Part shown: in pieces, positions 16,049 through 24,426 of the stretch | How positions within the stretch are numbered: position 1 is the first letter of the stretch | How the letters are laid out: every line of letters begins with the position of its first letter | Source of the DNA: Candidatus Infernicultor aquiphilus | GTDB taxonomy: Bacteria; Atribacterota; Phoenicimicrobiia; Phoenicimicrobiales; Phoenicimicrobiaceae | Length of the DNA: 42,882 bases | Direction of reading: 5' to 3' | Assembly (NCBI GenBank): GCA_001873345.1 | Contig: MNYY01000051.1 | Span: 1-42,882, forward strand | Position numbers and translations under genes: made by a program | Notes under the pieces: generated by a model | The model's database searches: none | Told to the model about the DNA's origin: nothing | The model's input: only the letters and a program-made list of their open reading frames with translations

Positions 16049-16120
16049 ATCTTTTAATTTTTATTCCAAAGAATTAAAATTATTAAGAAGAATACATGAG
16101 TGAAAAGGAGTGATAGAAAA

Positions 16121-17161
16121 ATGCAAGGAAATATTTTTTTTGGATTATTTACCAAGAATATAGGGATTGATTTAGGTACTTCTACCACTCTCGTGTATAT
16201 TAAGGGGAAGGGAATTGTCTTATATGAACCATCAGTGGTGGCTTTTAAAGATGGTGGTAATAAGATATTAGCAGTTGGGAAAGAAGCAAAAAAGATGATG
16301 GGAAGAACTCCTCGAGGTTTGTTTACTGTTAGACCTTTAAAAGAAGGAGTAATAGCTAATTTTGAAGTAACCGCTGAAATGTTGAAATTTTTTATTAAAA
16401 AAGTTTATCATCCTAATCGTTTTATAAGACCATCGATTATAATTTGTGTTCCTTCCGGAGTTACAGAAGTAGAAAAAAGAGCAGTATCAGAAGTTGCTTA
16501 TAAATGTGGAGCAAGACAAGTATTTCTGATCGATGAACCCATAGCAGCAGCGATTGGAGTAGGACTACCTATCTTTGAACCTATGGGCAATTTAGTAGTA
16601 GATATAGGAGGAGGAACTTCCGAAGTAGCTATCATATCTTTGGGTGGGATAGTGGTAAGTGAGTTAAGCCAGATTGCCGGAGATTATATTAATGAAGTAA
16701 TTTCCAAATATGTTAAACAAGTACATAATTTATATATTGGTGAATTAACTGCAGAAGAGATTAAACTTAATTTATCTATAGATAAATTAAGTCCAGAAAA
16801 TAGTGGTTATGAAATTAGGGGAAGGGATAAAGTTACTGGCCTGCCTAAAATAATTAAAATTTCTAAAGATGAATTGAGAGAAGCCCTTTCTGAGCCATTA
16901 AGAATAATCGCTAATACAGTAAAGATAACTTTAGAAAAGACACCTCCCGAATTGATCTCGGATATTATAGACAAGGGGGTTATTATGACTGGTGGAGGTT
17001 CACTTTTAGTAGGATTAGCGGAACTTTTGCAAGAGGAGATAGGTATTCCAACTTTTACATCTTTTGAACCGGTATATTGTGTAATTAAAGGTATAGGAAA
17101 GGTTATGGAGGATTTTAATTTTTATCAAAGAGTTTTAATTAGAACAAGCAAAGGAATTTAA
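16121..17161 (+). CDS. mreB: Rod shape-determining actin homologue MreB
   Basis: IGIDLGTSTTLVY, DEPIAAAIG, VDIGGGTSEVA and MTGGGSLL are present. ATG 16121 is preferred because AAAGGAG lies upstream. The track start is GTG 16100. Confidence 0.92.
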   Translation: MQGNIFFGLFTKNIGIDLGTSTTLVYIKGKGIVLYEPSVVAFKDGGNKILAVGKEAKKMMGRTPRGLFTVRPLKEGVIANFEVTAEMLKFFIKKVYHPNRFIRPSIIICVPSGVTEVEKRAVSEVAYKCGARQVFLIDEPIAAAIGVGLPIFEPMGNLVVDIGGGTSEVAIISLGGIVVSELSQIAGDYINEVISKYVKQVHNLYIGELTAEEIKLNLSIDKLSPENSGYEIRGRDKVTGLPKIIKISKDELREALSEPLRIIANTVKITLEKTPPELISDIIDKGVIMTGGGSLLVGLAELLQEEIGIPTFTSFEPVYCVIKGIGKVMEDFNFYQRVLIRTSKGI

Positions 17162-17311
17162 ATTAGTCGTTAGTGAATAGTATCTCGTATAATTAGCATA
17201 GAGCGTATAGCGTTTAGCTTACTTGTCACTTATTACACATTACGCAACTTACTCACAGACTGGCTAACTGATTTAATTGGAGAATTGGTTGATTGGCTAA
17301 TTGATAAATTT
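17162..17311. repeat. Composite spacer: M4 reverse, M2 reverse, M6, M3 forward, M12, M1 forward
   Basis: Modules in order: ATTAGTCGTTAGTGAATAG (17162-17180), TATCTCGTATA (17181-17191), GCATAGAGCGTATAGCGTTTAGC (17196-17218), TTACTTGTCACTTATTACACATTACGCAACTTACTCAC (17219-17256) and the octamer array (17273-17311). Confidence 0.85.
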
Positions 17312-17327
17312 AATCAGGTGATTTATA

Positions 17328-18143
17328 TTGAAAAAACTTTTACCTCAGAACAAGGCATTGCTAATTCTTATTATATTAATTATTGTAACTGTCTTTATAA
17401 TGACTATAGACTACCATGGTAAAATGTATCTTAAATGGCTGGAGAGTATTGTGTTGAGAGCTTTTTCTCCCCTTAATCAAGGTATAAGTATAGTTACTGA
17501 TAATACAAAAAACTACTTAAAGGCTATAGCTAAATTTAAGAGGGTAGAAGAAGAAAATAAAAAGCTACAAGAAAAAATTGAAATGACCCTTCAAGAAAAT
17601 GCTGTATTAAAAGAAAAATTAATAGCCTATGATAGATTGAAAAAATTATTAGAACTTAAAGAATCTTTTTCTTATGAAATGATCCCCTCTTTGGTAATTA
17701 GCCGAGAACCAGGAAATTGGTTTAATAGTATAATTATTGACAAGGGAGAAGCTGATGGAGTAAATAAAAACATGGCCGTAGCAACTTACAGTGGGCTGGT
17801 TGGTAAAGTGGTTAGTGTTGATTCACATACAGCAAAAATATTATTAATACTAGATCAGAGAAGTGCAGTAGGAGGAATGATTCAGAGATCAAGAGATATA
17901 GGAGTAGTAAAAGGAAGCGAGAGTAATTATTGTAATATGGAATATCTTTCTCATGATGCTGATCTTAAGATAAACGATATGGTGATTACTTCTGGATTAG
18001 GTAGTATTTTCCCCAAAGGAATTATGATTGGTAAGATAGTGGGAGTAAAAAAGGAAAACAATGCTCTGTTTCAAAAAGTGTTAATAAGACCAGAGGTGGA
18101 TTTTACAAAATTAGAAGAAGTATTTGTAGTTAAAAAACCCTAG
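17328..18143 (+). CDS. mreC: Rod shape-determining protein MreC
   Basis: 271-aa ORF with a TTG start and AGGTGA upstream. It has an N-terminal TM segment, a coiled-coil (ENKKLQEKIEMTLQENAVLKEKL) and a beta-rich C-terminal MreC domain. It lies downstream of mreB. Confidence 0.85.
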   Translation: MKKLLPQNKALLILIILIIVTVFIMTIDYHGKMYLKWLESIVLRAFSPLNQGISIVTDNTKNYLKAIAKFKRVEEENKKLQEKIEMTLQENAVLKEKLIAYDRLKKLLELKESFSYEMIPSLVISREPGNWFNSIIIDKGEADGVNKNMAVATYSGLVGKVVSVDSHTAKILLILDQRSAVGGMIQRSRDIGVVKGSESNYCNMEYLSHDADLKINDMVITSGLGSIFPKGIMIGKIVGVKKENNALFQKVLIRPEVDFTKLEEVFVVKKP

Positions 18144-18164
18144 TAAAACTTTGAGGAAGAACAA

Positions 18165-18231
18165 ATAGCGGTTAGCGTTTAGCGGAACTGTATTTTGACG
18201 CGATACGCGATACGATATACTAACGACTAAT
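18165..18231 (+). repeat. Composite spacer: M6, M3 tail, M2 forward, M4 forward
   Basis: ATAGCGGTTAGCGTTTAGCGG, AACTGTATTTT, GACGCGATACGCGATACGATATAC and TAACGACTAAT, running into the GGGAGG SD. Confidence 0.85.
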
Positions 18232-18247
18232 TTAAAGGGAGGAAATT

Positions 18248-19528
18248 ATTATTTATAAAGTAATAAAATTAGAAAATGGTTTAAGAATTGTAGTAGAAAA
18301 AATGCCTTATATGAAATCGGTAGCTATTGTTTTAGTGATAGGAGCTGGGTCAAGATATGAAGAAGAAAAACATCAAGGAATTTCTCATCTCATTGAACAT
18401 ATGCTATTTAAAGGTACGAACCAGAGGAAAAATACCTTAGAAATATCTCAAGTCATAGAAGGTATTGGTGGAGAGATAAACGCTTATACCTCTAAAGAAA
18501 CTACTCAGTTGTATGTTAAAGTTCCCCAAGAACAATTTAAAGTTGCTTTCGATGTGCTGGCTGATATAGTATTAAACTCACTAATGAGGAGAGAGGACCT
18601 TTATAAAGAAAAGAAAATAATTCTTGAAGAGATTAAAAAATATCAAGATATACCGGAGGAATTAGTAGAAATCTTGCTTGACCAGATAATATGGAAAAAT
18701 CATCCTCTGGGAAAGTCTATTCTCGGAGATGAAAAAAGTATACGCAATATTCAAAGAGAAGATCTGTTATCATATATAGATGAATTTTATCGTCCCAATA
18801 ATTTAGTGATAAGCGTTACCGGAAATATCAAGGTAGCGGAAGTAATTTTACAGATTAAGAAATGTTTTAAAAGAATGAAAGAGGGTGAAATTAAAAAATA
18901 TATACCCGCTTATGATAATCAAAATATTTCTCTAATAGGAATAAGATTTAAAAAGACCAATCAAACTCATCTTTCTTTTGGTTTTCCGGGAATTTCTCGG
19001 TTAAGCCCTGATAAATACTCTATGGATTTATTAGACATAATATTGGGTTCGGGATTAAGTTCTCGGCTTTTTCAAGAAATAAGAGTTAAAAAAAGTTTGG
19101 CTTATGATATTCATTCCTTTATTCAATATTTTAACGATATAAGTTCTTTTAACATTTATGTAGGTACAGATTCGAGCAAAACAAAGGAAGCCATTCATAC
19201 CACCCTGGAGGAACTTAGAAAAATAAAGGAAGATAATTTGAAGGAAGAGGAATTAAGAAAAGCAAAAGAGATGTATAAAGGCGCATTATCTTTAAACTTA
19301 GAGAATACTTTAAGTAGGGCATTTTGGTTGGGGAACAAGATGTTCTTATATGGTAGACCTTTAACTTTTGACGAGGTAAGAGGAAGAATTGAAGAAGTAA
19401 AGGTCGAAGACATTCAAAGATTAGCTCAAAATATTTTTATAAAAAACAAAATAAATTTATCTATAGTCGGCCCTTTTAAAGAAAAAAGAGATAAAGAAGA
19501 ATATAATTCTCTCTTGCAACAATTATAA
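18248..19528 (+). CDS. M16 family (pitrilysin-like) zinc peptidase; probable non-canonical ATT start
   Basis: It carries the HxxEH motif (HLIEHMLFKG). The conserved N-terminal strand KLENGLRIVVEKMP lies in frame upstream of the first ATG (18302), and no ATG, GTG or TTG follows the stop at 18233. GGGAGG at 18237-18242 precedes ATT codons at 18248 and 18251. Confidence 0.75.
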   Translation: MIYKVIKLENGLRIVVEKMPYMKSVAIVLVIGAGSRYEEEKHQGISHLIEHMLFKGTNQRKNTLEISQVIEGIGGEINAYTSKETTQLYVKVPQEQFKVAFDVLADIVLNSLMRREDLYKEKKIILEEIKKYQDIPEELVEILLDQIIWKNHPLGKSILGDEKSIRNIQREDLLSYIDEFYRPNNLVISVTGNIKVAEVILQIKKCFKRMKEGEIKKYIPAYDNQNISLIGIRFKKTNQTHLSFGFPGISRLSPDKYSMDLLDIILGSGLSSRLFQEIRVKKSLAYDIHSFIQYFNDISSFNIYVGTDSSKTKEAIHTTLEELRKIKEDNLKEEELRKAKEMYKGALSLNLENTLSRAFWLGNKMFLYGRPLTFDEVRGRIEEVKVEDIQRLAQNIFIKNKINLSIVGPFKEKRDKEEYNSLLQQL

Positions 19529-19530
19529 CT

Positions 19531-19700
19531 TTACTTAGTTATCCGGTTAGCCAGTTACTTAGTTTGCCGGTTAATAGGTTTTAGGGCATAAGTTTCGAGT
19601 TTTAAGTTTTAAAGAGGAGTTTGGGTTGGATTCACCCAATCTGTCTGTTCCTTCTGTTATTCCTGCTGGCTAACCGGTAACTGGTAAACTGGCCAACTAA
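19531..19700. repeat. Inverted M12 arms (CCGGTTAGCCAGTTAC-type) around an 84-bp centre
   Basis: The left arm is 19531-19578 and the right arm is 19663-19700. They share CTGGCTAACCGG(A)TAACT in inverted orientation. Confidence 0.8.
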
Positions 19701-19703
19701 TAT

Positions 19704-19749
19704 AATTGGAGAATTGGAGAATTGGTCAATTGGTCAATTGGTCAATTGG
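19704..19749 (+). repeat. Module M1 octamer array: (AATTGGAG)x2 (AATTGGTC)x3 AATTGG
   Basis: Perfect 8-bp phasing. It ends 11 nt before ATG 19761. Confidence 0.95.
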
Positions 19750-19760
19750 AATATAATAAA

Positions 19761-19949
19761 ATGCCTTTAAAATTAGGAATCGGAGATATTGTTAGATTAA
19801 AGAAAAAACATCCTTGTGGGGGTTTTCATTGGGAAATCACCAGGACCGGTATTGATATTGGTCTAAAATGTCTTTGTTGTGGTAGAAAGGTTCTAGTTCC
19901 TCGAGTAAAATTAGAGAAGAAAATTCGTGAAATTGTCCCCAGAGATTAA
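19761..19949 (+). CDS. DUF951 family small protein (YyzM-like)
   Basis: MPLKLGIGDIVRLKKKHPCGG..WEITRTGIDIGLKCLCCGRKVLVPR. The track start at 19722 lies inside the octamer array, so I use ATG 19761. Position upstream of rpsF matches Bacillus yyzM. Confidence 0.7.
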   Translation: MPLKLGIGDIVRLKKKHPCGGFHWEITRTGIDIGLKCLCCGRKVLVPRVKLEKKIREIVPRD

Positions 19950-20024
19950 TTAAAGAGAGATAAAAATATATTTTAGGATTTTTATTTATTAATTATTTAT
20001 AAGCTATAAAATTAAATTTAAAGC

Positions 20025-20053
20025 TTGATATCAAAAATATCTGATGATATAAT
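20025..20053 (+). promoter_or_regulatory. Sigma-70-type promoter upstream of rpsF (TTGATA-17-TATAAT)
   Basis: The -35 TTGATA is at 20025-20030, followed by an exact 17-bp spacer and the -10 TATAAT at 20048-20053. This leaves a leader of about 80 nt containing the hairpin CCTGAAG..TTTCAGG. Confidence 0.5.
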
Positions 20054-20137
20054 ATTAAATCAATTTAGGTTTTTAATTTCCTTGCTCCTGAAGAAATCTT
20101 TCAGGGGCTGATTAGACCAAAAGGAGGAGGTGAACAG

Positions 20138-20449
20138 ATGAGAAGTTATGAAATAATGCTAGCTATAAATCCCCAATTAAAAGATGAAGAATTAGATTCT
20201 TTATTTGATAAAATTAAAAAAGTTATTACTGATGGTAAGGGAGAGATAACCAAGACAAATAAATGGGGTAAAAGAAAATTAGGTTATGAAATTAAGAATT
20301 TTACAGAAGCAATTTATGTAGTCTTAAATTTTGATGTGGATGAAAAAATTATTTCTGAACTAGAAAGAGTGGTAAGGTTAGAAGAAAGAGTTATTAGATA
20401 TTTACTAACTTTACAACAAGAAAAAAAAATTTCTAAAAAAGAAAATTAG
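20138..20449 (+). CDS. rpsF: 30S ribosomal protein S6
   Basis: MRSYEIMLAINPQL...WGKRKLGYEI, with AAGGAGGAGGTGA upstream. Confidence 0.92.
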   Translation: MRSYEIMLAINPQLKDEELDSLFDKIKKVITDGKGEITKTNKWGKRKLGYEIKNFTEAIYVVLNFDVDEKIISELERVVRLEERVIRYLLTLQQEKKISKKEN

Positions 20450-20510
20450 TCCATCGTTGAAGAAACTTCCAAAAAGAGAAGATAATTTAAAGGAGGAAAA
20501 ATAATCGTTA

Positions 20511-20741
20511 ATGACGAACTACGGATTTTTTAAGAGACCACAAAAGAAAGTCTGTTTTTTTTGTAAAGAAAAAGTAGTAGCGGACTACAAAAATATAGAC
20601 TTATTAAAAAGATTTATTAGTGAACAGGGCAAGATATTATCTCGTAGAGCAACTGGAAATTGCTCAAAACATCAACGTACACTTGCTGTAGCTATAAAAA
20701 GAGCAAGAGAAATAGGACTTCTCCCTTATGTAGCTAAATAA
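20511..20741 (+). CDS. rpsR: 30S ribosomal protein S18
   Basis: [59 protein letters not shown], with AAGGAGG upstream. Confidence 0.92.
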   Translation: MTNYGFFKRPQKKVCFFCKEKVVADYKNIDLLKRFISEQGKILSRRATGNCSKHQRTLAVAIKRAREIGLLPYVAK

Positions 20742-20773
20742 GCAAATTAGTAAATTAGTATATAGTATAACAT

Positions 20774-20880
20774 TTGGTTAGATAGTTAATTGGTTACCTG
20801 GTTAGTTAGTTGATGAATTAAAATCAAACCAGCTAACCAGCTAGCTAGCTAGCTAACTAACTAACTAACTAACTAACTAA
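20774..20880. repeat. Palindromic GGTTAG/CTAACC-type arms ending in microsatellite (CTAG)x3 (CTAA)x7
   Basis: The left arm is 20774-20813, the loop is TGAATTAAAATCA and the right arm is 20827-20880. (CTAG)3 lies at 20841-20852 and (CTAA)7 at 20853-20880. Confidence 0.9.
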
Positions 20881-20920
20881 TTCTGCTTTAAGTTTAAAAT
20901 TTAAAAGAAGAGGTCTTTTA

Positions 20921-21883
20921 TTGAGTGATCAAATTCCAACTAAATCAATAGTTGAAGGTGCATTTCTAGCAGCAATTACCGCTGTTATATTTATCATTAG
21001 TATATATATTCCCTTATTAGGAACATTGGTAAGTTTTTTATGTCCGCTTCCAATTATAATTTTATGTTTACGTCATAGTTTAAAGTTTGCCATTATCTCC
21101 ACTTTTATATCGGGAATTTTGGTAAGTATGTTAGCTGGCCCCTGGCAAGGAATTATGGTTTTGTTGGGTTTTGGGATATTAGGATTGACTTTAGGATTTG
21201 TTATAAAGAATGATTTCTCTTTAACTGATATTATTATGGTTGGGAGTGTAGCTTCTCTCCTTTCCAAAGGTTTAATTCTTTTAATTGGGTTTTGGTTTTT
21301 AAACATTAATCCTGTATTATTCGATGTAGAAGAGATAGACAGAGTTATAACTCAATCTTTGAATTTTTACAACGGTATGGGGTTATCTCCAGAACAATTT
21401 TCTTCAATGAAAGAATCTTTAACCCAAACTATTAATATTGTTCGGATAGCGTTTCCAGGAATGATTATTCTTGCTTCTATTTTTGATACCATTATAAATT
21501 ATTGGGTAGCTCGCTTAGTTTTGAAGAGGTTTGGATATAAACTGTCTAACTTTACCTCCTTTTCTAAATGGAGAGCTTCAAAATCCTTCTTCTGGAGTTA
21601 TTTTTTAGGGGTGATATTGATATTTCTAGGAGCAAAGTATAACCTTCCTCTTCTAAGTAAAATTGGAGTGAATATACAACTATTTTTTTCGGTAGTATTT
21701 TTAATTTATGGTCTTTCTTTAACCGGTTTTATATTAGAACGGTTTAAAATTAAAAATTTTTTGAAGTGGGTTATCTATATCTTGGTATGTTTTCAACCAC
21801 TTTTATCACAGATTGCTACTTGGGCAGCTATGTTAGATATCTGGATAGATTTTAGAAAATTAATTACCGCTAAAGAAGAATAA
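20921..21883 (+). CDS. yybS: DUF2232 (YybS-like) polytopic membrane protein
   Basis: 320-aa ORF with a TTG start and about 8 hydrophobic segments. The conserved position between rpsR and rplI matches Bacillus. Confidence 0.65.
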   Translation: MSDQIPTKSIVEGAFLAAITAVIFIISIYIPLLGTLVSFLCPLPIIILCLRHSLKFAIISTFISGILVSMLAGPWQGIMVLLGFGILGLTLGFVIKNDFSLTDIIMVGSVASLLSKGLILLIGFWFLNINPVLFDVEEIDRVITQSLNFYNGMGLSPEQFSSMKESLTQTINIVRIAFPGMIILASIFDTIINYWVARLVLKRFGYKLSNFTSFSKWRASKSFFWSYFLGVILIFLGAKYNLPLLSKIGVNIQLFFSVVFLIYGLSLTGFILERFKIKNFLKWVIYILVCFQPLLSQIATWAAMLDIWIDFRKLITAKEE

Positions 21884-21967
21884 ATTAGGCAAACAACTAA
21901 CCAAACAATTTAAATTGTAAAAAAATATTTTAATGTTTATAATAATATAAAAAGGAGGTTGCTAAAT

Positions 21968-22459
21968 ATGAAGGTAATTTTAAAACAAAATATTGAAAAA
22001 GTAGGACAAGTAGGAGATGTAGTTGAAGTAAGTGATGGTTTCGGCCGTAATTTCTTGCTTCCTCGGGGTAAAGCGATGTCTTATACTAAAGGTAATTTTA
22101 AGCAAGTAGAATATTTAAAGAAAAGTGAATTAGAAAAAAAAGATAAAGAATTAAGTGAAGCTAAAAATTTAGCAGAAAAACTTAATAATATCTCACTAGA
22201 GATTAAAGTGAAAGCTGGGAAAGAGGGTAAGCTTTTTGGTTCTATTACCAGTAAAGATATTACTGAGATCATATTAAATAAATATAAGATTGAATTAGAC
22301 AAGAAAAAGATTGATTTAAAAGAGTCCTTGAAAAAGTTAGGCATTCATAATATTTCAATTAACCTATATAAAGATGTAGTTTCTCAGATTAAAGTTAATT
22401 TAATTTCTGATTCCCCATCTGAGCAGGAACAGCAAATAGAGGATACCAAAAAAGAATAA
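21968..22459 (+). CDS. rplI: 50S ribosomal protein L9
   Basis: MKVILKQNIEKVGQVGDVVEVSDGFGRNFLLPRGKA. ATG 21968 is preferred, 9 nt after AAAGGAGG. Confidence 0.92.
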   Translation: MKVILKQNIEKVGQVGDVVEVSDGFGRNFLLPRGKAMSYTKGNFKQVEYLKKSELEKKDKELSEAKNLAEKLNNISLEIKVKAGKEGKLFGSITSKDITEIILNKYKIELDKKKIDLKESLKKLGIHNISINLYKDVVSQIKVNLISDSPSEQEQQIEDTKKE

Positions 22460-22507
22460 ATTAGTATATTGTATATCGTATATCAAAAAAATAATAATGT
22501 ATAATAC

Positions 22508-22578
22508 GTAGGGGCAGACCTTGTGTCTGCCCGTAATGCGTAATTAGTCCTACGGGCAGACACAAGGTCTGTCCCTAC
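22508..22578. repeat. REPIN: two REPs in inverted orientation
   Basis: GTAGGGGCAGACCTTGTGTCTGCCCG (22508-22533), a 19-nt spacer, then CGGGCAGACACAAGGTCTGTCCCTAC (22553-22578, one mismatch). The flanks are shared with the REPIN at 35577-35690. Confidence 0.9.
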
Positions 22579-22623
22579 GACTATTCACTATTCACTAATG
22601 ACTATTTAACATGGAGTTAAAAA

Positions 22624-23955
22624 ATGGAATTAGGTAGAAATCCTCCTCAAAATATTAGTGCAGAACAGGCTGCCTTAGGTTCAATGTTGCTCCAGGAAGA
22701 AGCAATTTTACATAGTATTGATATATTAAAACCAGAAGATTTTTATCAAAAATCTCACCAGATTATTTTCCAGTGTATTCTTGATCTATTTGAAAAGAGT
22801 CGAGGTGTTGATTTAGTTACTTTAACTGAAGAATTAAACAGGAAAAACTTATTAGAAAAAATAGGTGGAGTTACTTATCTCACTAATTTGATTAATAGTG
22901 TTCCTACTGCAGCGAACATTGAATACTATAGTAAGATTATTGAAGAAAAATCTATTTTACGACACTTAATTAACAATACTACTAAAATTATTTCTATGGC
23001 TTATGAAGAAAAAGAAGATGCCAAAATTTTACTGGATAAAGCAGAACATTTAGTATTCGAAATTTCAGACAGAAATATAAGGCAGTCTTTTGTTCCCATA
23101 AAAGAGATAATTCAGGATAGTTATGAAAAAATCGAAGACCTTTATCATAGGGAAGAATTTATTACCGGGGTTCCTAGTGGATATGAGGAGCTTGATGACA
23201 TTACTACTGGTTTCCAACCTTCTGAGTTAATTGTCGTTGCCGGAAGACCTGGTATGGGTAAGACCGCATTTTGTATGAATATTGCTCAATATGTTAGTAT
23301 TTATAAAAATATCCCGGTAGCAATTTTTAGCTTAGAAATGTCTAAGTCTCAATTAGTACAACGGATGTTATGTTCAGAAGCTCGTCTTGATTCTCATAAT
23401 TTAAGAAAAGGACGATTAGTAGAAGCAGATTGGGCTCCCTTATCTATGGCTGCAGGTCGATTATCCTCCTCCTCTATCTTTATTGATGATACAGCAGGTA
23501 TTTCTTGTTTGGAAATTAGAGCCAAGGCTAGAAGATTAAAAGCCCAATGTAATCTCGGCTTAGTAATAGTAGATTATTTACAGCTAATGCAAACTGCTGG
23601 CAGAATAGAGAATAGACAGCAGGAGATTTCAGAAATTTCTCGTTCCCTTAAAAGCTTAGCGAGAGAATTAAATGTTCCAGTAGTAGCAGTTTCCCAATTA
23701 TCTAGAGCAGTGGAACAGAGGATTGAAAGAAGACCCCGTCTTTCTGATTTAAGAGAAAGCGGGGCAATTGAACAAGATGCTGATTTAGTTATTTTTATTT
23801 ACCGAGAAGAATATTATAGACCAAAGACAGAAAAGAAAGGCATTGCTGAAATAATCATTAGCAAACAAAGGAATGGCCCCACCGGTAAAGTAGAATTAAC
23901 TTTTATAAAAGAATATGCGAAATTTGAAAATTTATCCCGAATTAGCCCAGAATAA
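22624..23955 (+). CDS. dnaB: Replicative DNA helicase (DnaB family)
   Basis: PPQNISAEQAALGSML, Walker A GRPGMGKTAF, DYLQLM, and SQLSRAVEQR...LRESGAIEQDAD. Confidence 0.95.
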   Translation: MELGRNPPQNISAEQAALGSMLLQEEAILHSIDILKPEDFYQKSHQIIFQCILDLFEKSRGVDLVTLTEELNRKNLLEKIGGVTYLTNLINSVPTAANIEYYSKIIEEKSILRHLINNTTKIISMAYEEKEDAKILLDKAEHLVFEISDRNIRQSFVPIKEIIQDSYEKIEDLYHREEFITGVPSGYEELDDITTGFQPSELIVVAGRPGMGKTAFCMNIAQYVSIYKNIPVAIFSLEMSKSQLVQRMLCSEARLDSHNLRKGRLVEADWAPLSMAAGRLSSSSIFIDDTAGISCLEIRAKARRLKAQCNLGLVIVDYLQLMQTAGRIENRQQEISEISRSLKSLARELNVPVVAVSQLSRAVEQRIERRPRLSDLRESGAIEQDADLVIFIYREEYYRPKTEKKGIAEIIISKQRNGPTGKVELTFIKEYAKFENLSRISPE

Positions 23956-23978
23956 AGATTTCATTGTTTATTTACTAA

Positions 23979-24007
23979 TTGACAGCTAACGAAAAATATA
24001 GTAACAT
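23979..24007 (+). promoter_or_regulatory. Possible promoter for the tRNA cluster (TTGACA-17-TAACAT)
   Basis: The -35 TTGACA is at 23979-23984, followed by a 17-bp spacer and the -10-like TAACAT at 24002-24007, about 40 nt before tRNA-Lys. Confidence 0.35.
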
Positions 24008-24048
24008 TTAGAAGCAAAAAAATTTTAAACTATAGTTATTATTTGTTG

Positions 24049-24121
24049 GGGCCGTTAGCTCAGTTGGTAGAGCATCTGACTCTTAATCAGGGGGTCGTGG
24101 GTTCGAAACCCGCACGGCCCA
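24049..24121 (+). tRNA. tRNA-Lys (anticodon CTT)
   Basis: Hand-folded cloverleaf with acceptor GGGCCGT/ACGGCCC, anticodon loop CTCTTAA and T-loop GGTTCGAAACC. No CCA is encoded. Confidence 0.9.
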
Positions 24122-24129
24122 TCGAAAAT

Positions 24130-24204
24130 GCCCCCATCGTCCAGGGGATAGGACACCGCCCTTTCACGGCGGCGACAGGGGTTCAAATCCCCTTGGGGGC
24201 ACCA
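24130..24204 (+). tRNA. tRNA-Glu (anticodon TTC)
   Basis: Acceptor GCCCCCA/TGGGGGC, anticodon stem CCGCC/GGCGG with loop CTTTCAC. CCA is encoded. Confidence 0.9.
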
Positions 24205-24230
24205 ATTAATTCATTACAAGATAAAAGAAT

Positions 24231-24306
24231 GGGCGGATAGCTCAGTTGGCAGAGCACCTGCTTCACATGTAGGGGGTCACAGGTTCAAGTCCTGTTCCGC
24301 CTACCA
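24231..24306 (+). tRNA. tRNA-Val (anticodon CAC)
   Basis: Acceptor GGGCGGA/TCCGCCT, anticodon loop TTCACAT and T-loop GGTTCAAGTCC. CCA is encoded. Confidence 0.88.
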
Positions 24307-24327
24307 TTTTTTTTAAATGGATATGAT

Positions 24328-24393
24328 GCCGGCGTAGCTCAATCGGAAGAGCAACGGAATCGTAATCCGTAGGTTGTCTGTTCAACTCAGATC
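24328..24393 (+). tRNA. tRNA-Thr (anticodon CGT)
   Basis: Acceptor GCCGGCG/CGCCGGC, anticodon stem ACGGA/TCCGT with loop ATCGTAA. CCA is encoded. Confidence 0.88.
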
Positions 24394-24426
24394 GCCGGCT
24401 CCATTTCTTAAAAGGCAAATAATCTA

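Noticed and set aside
22460-24048. A replication origin (DnaA-box cluster) near dnaB
   Set aside because: I found no cluster of TTATCCACA-like boxes in the flanking spacers. The AT-rich tracts there are explained by repeats, a REPIN and a promoter.
24043-24240. 65-aa ORF on the + strand
   Set aside because: It is entirely composed of tRNA-Lys and tRNA-Glu sequence plus the spacer.
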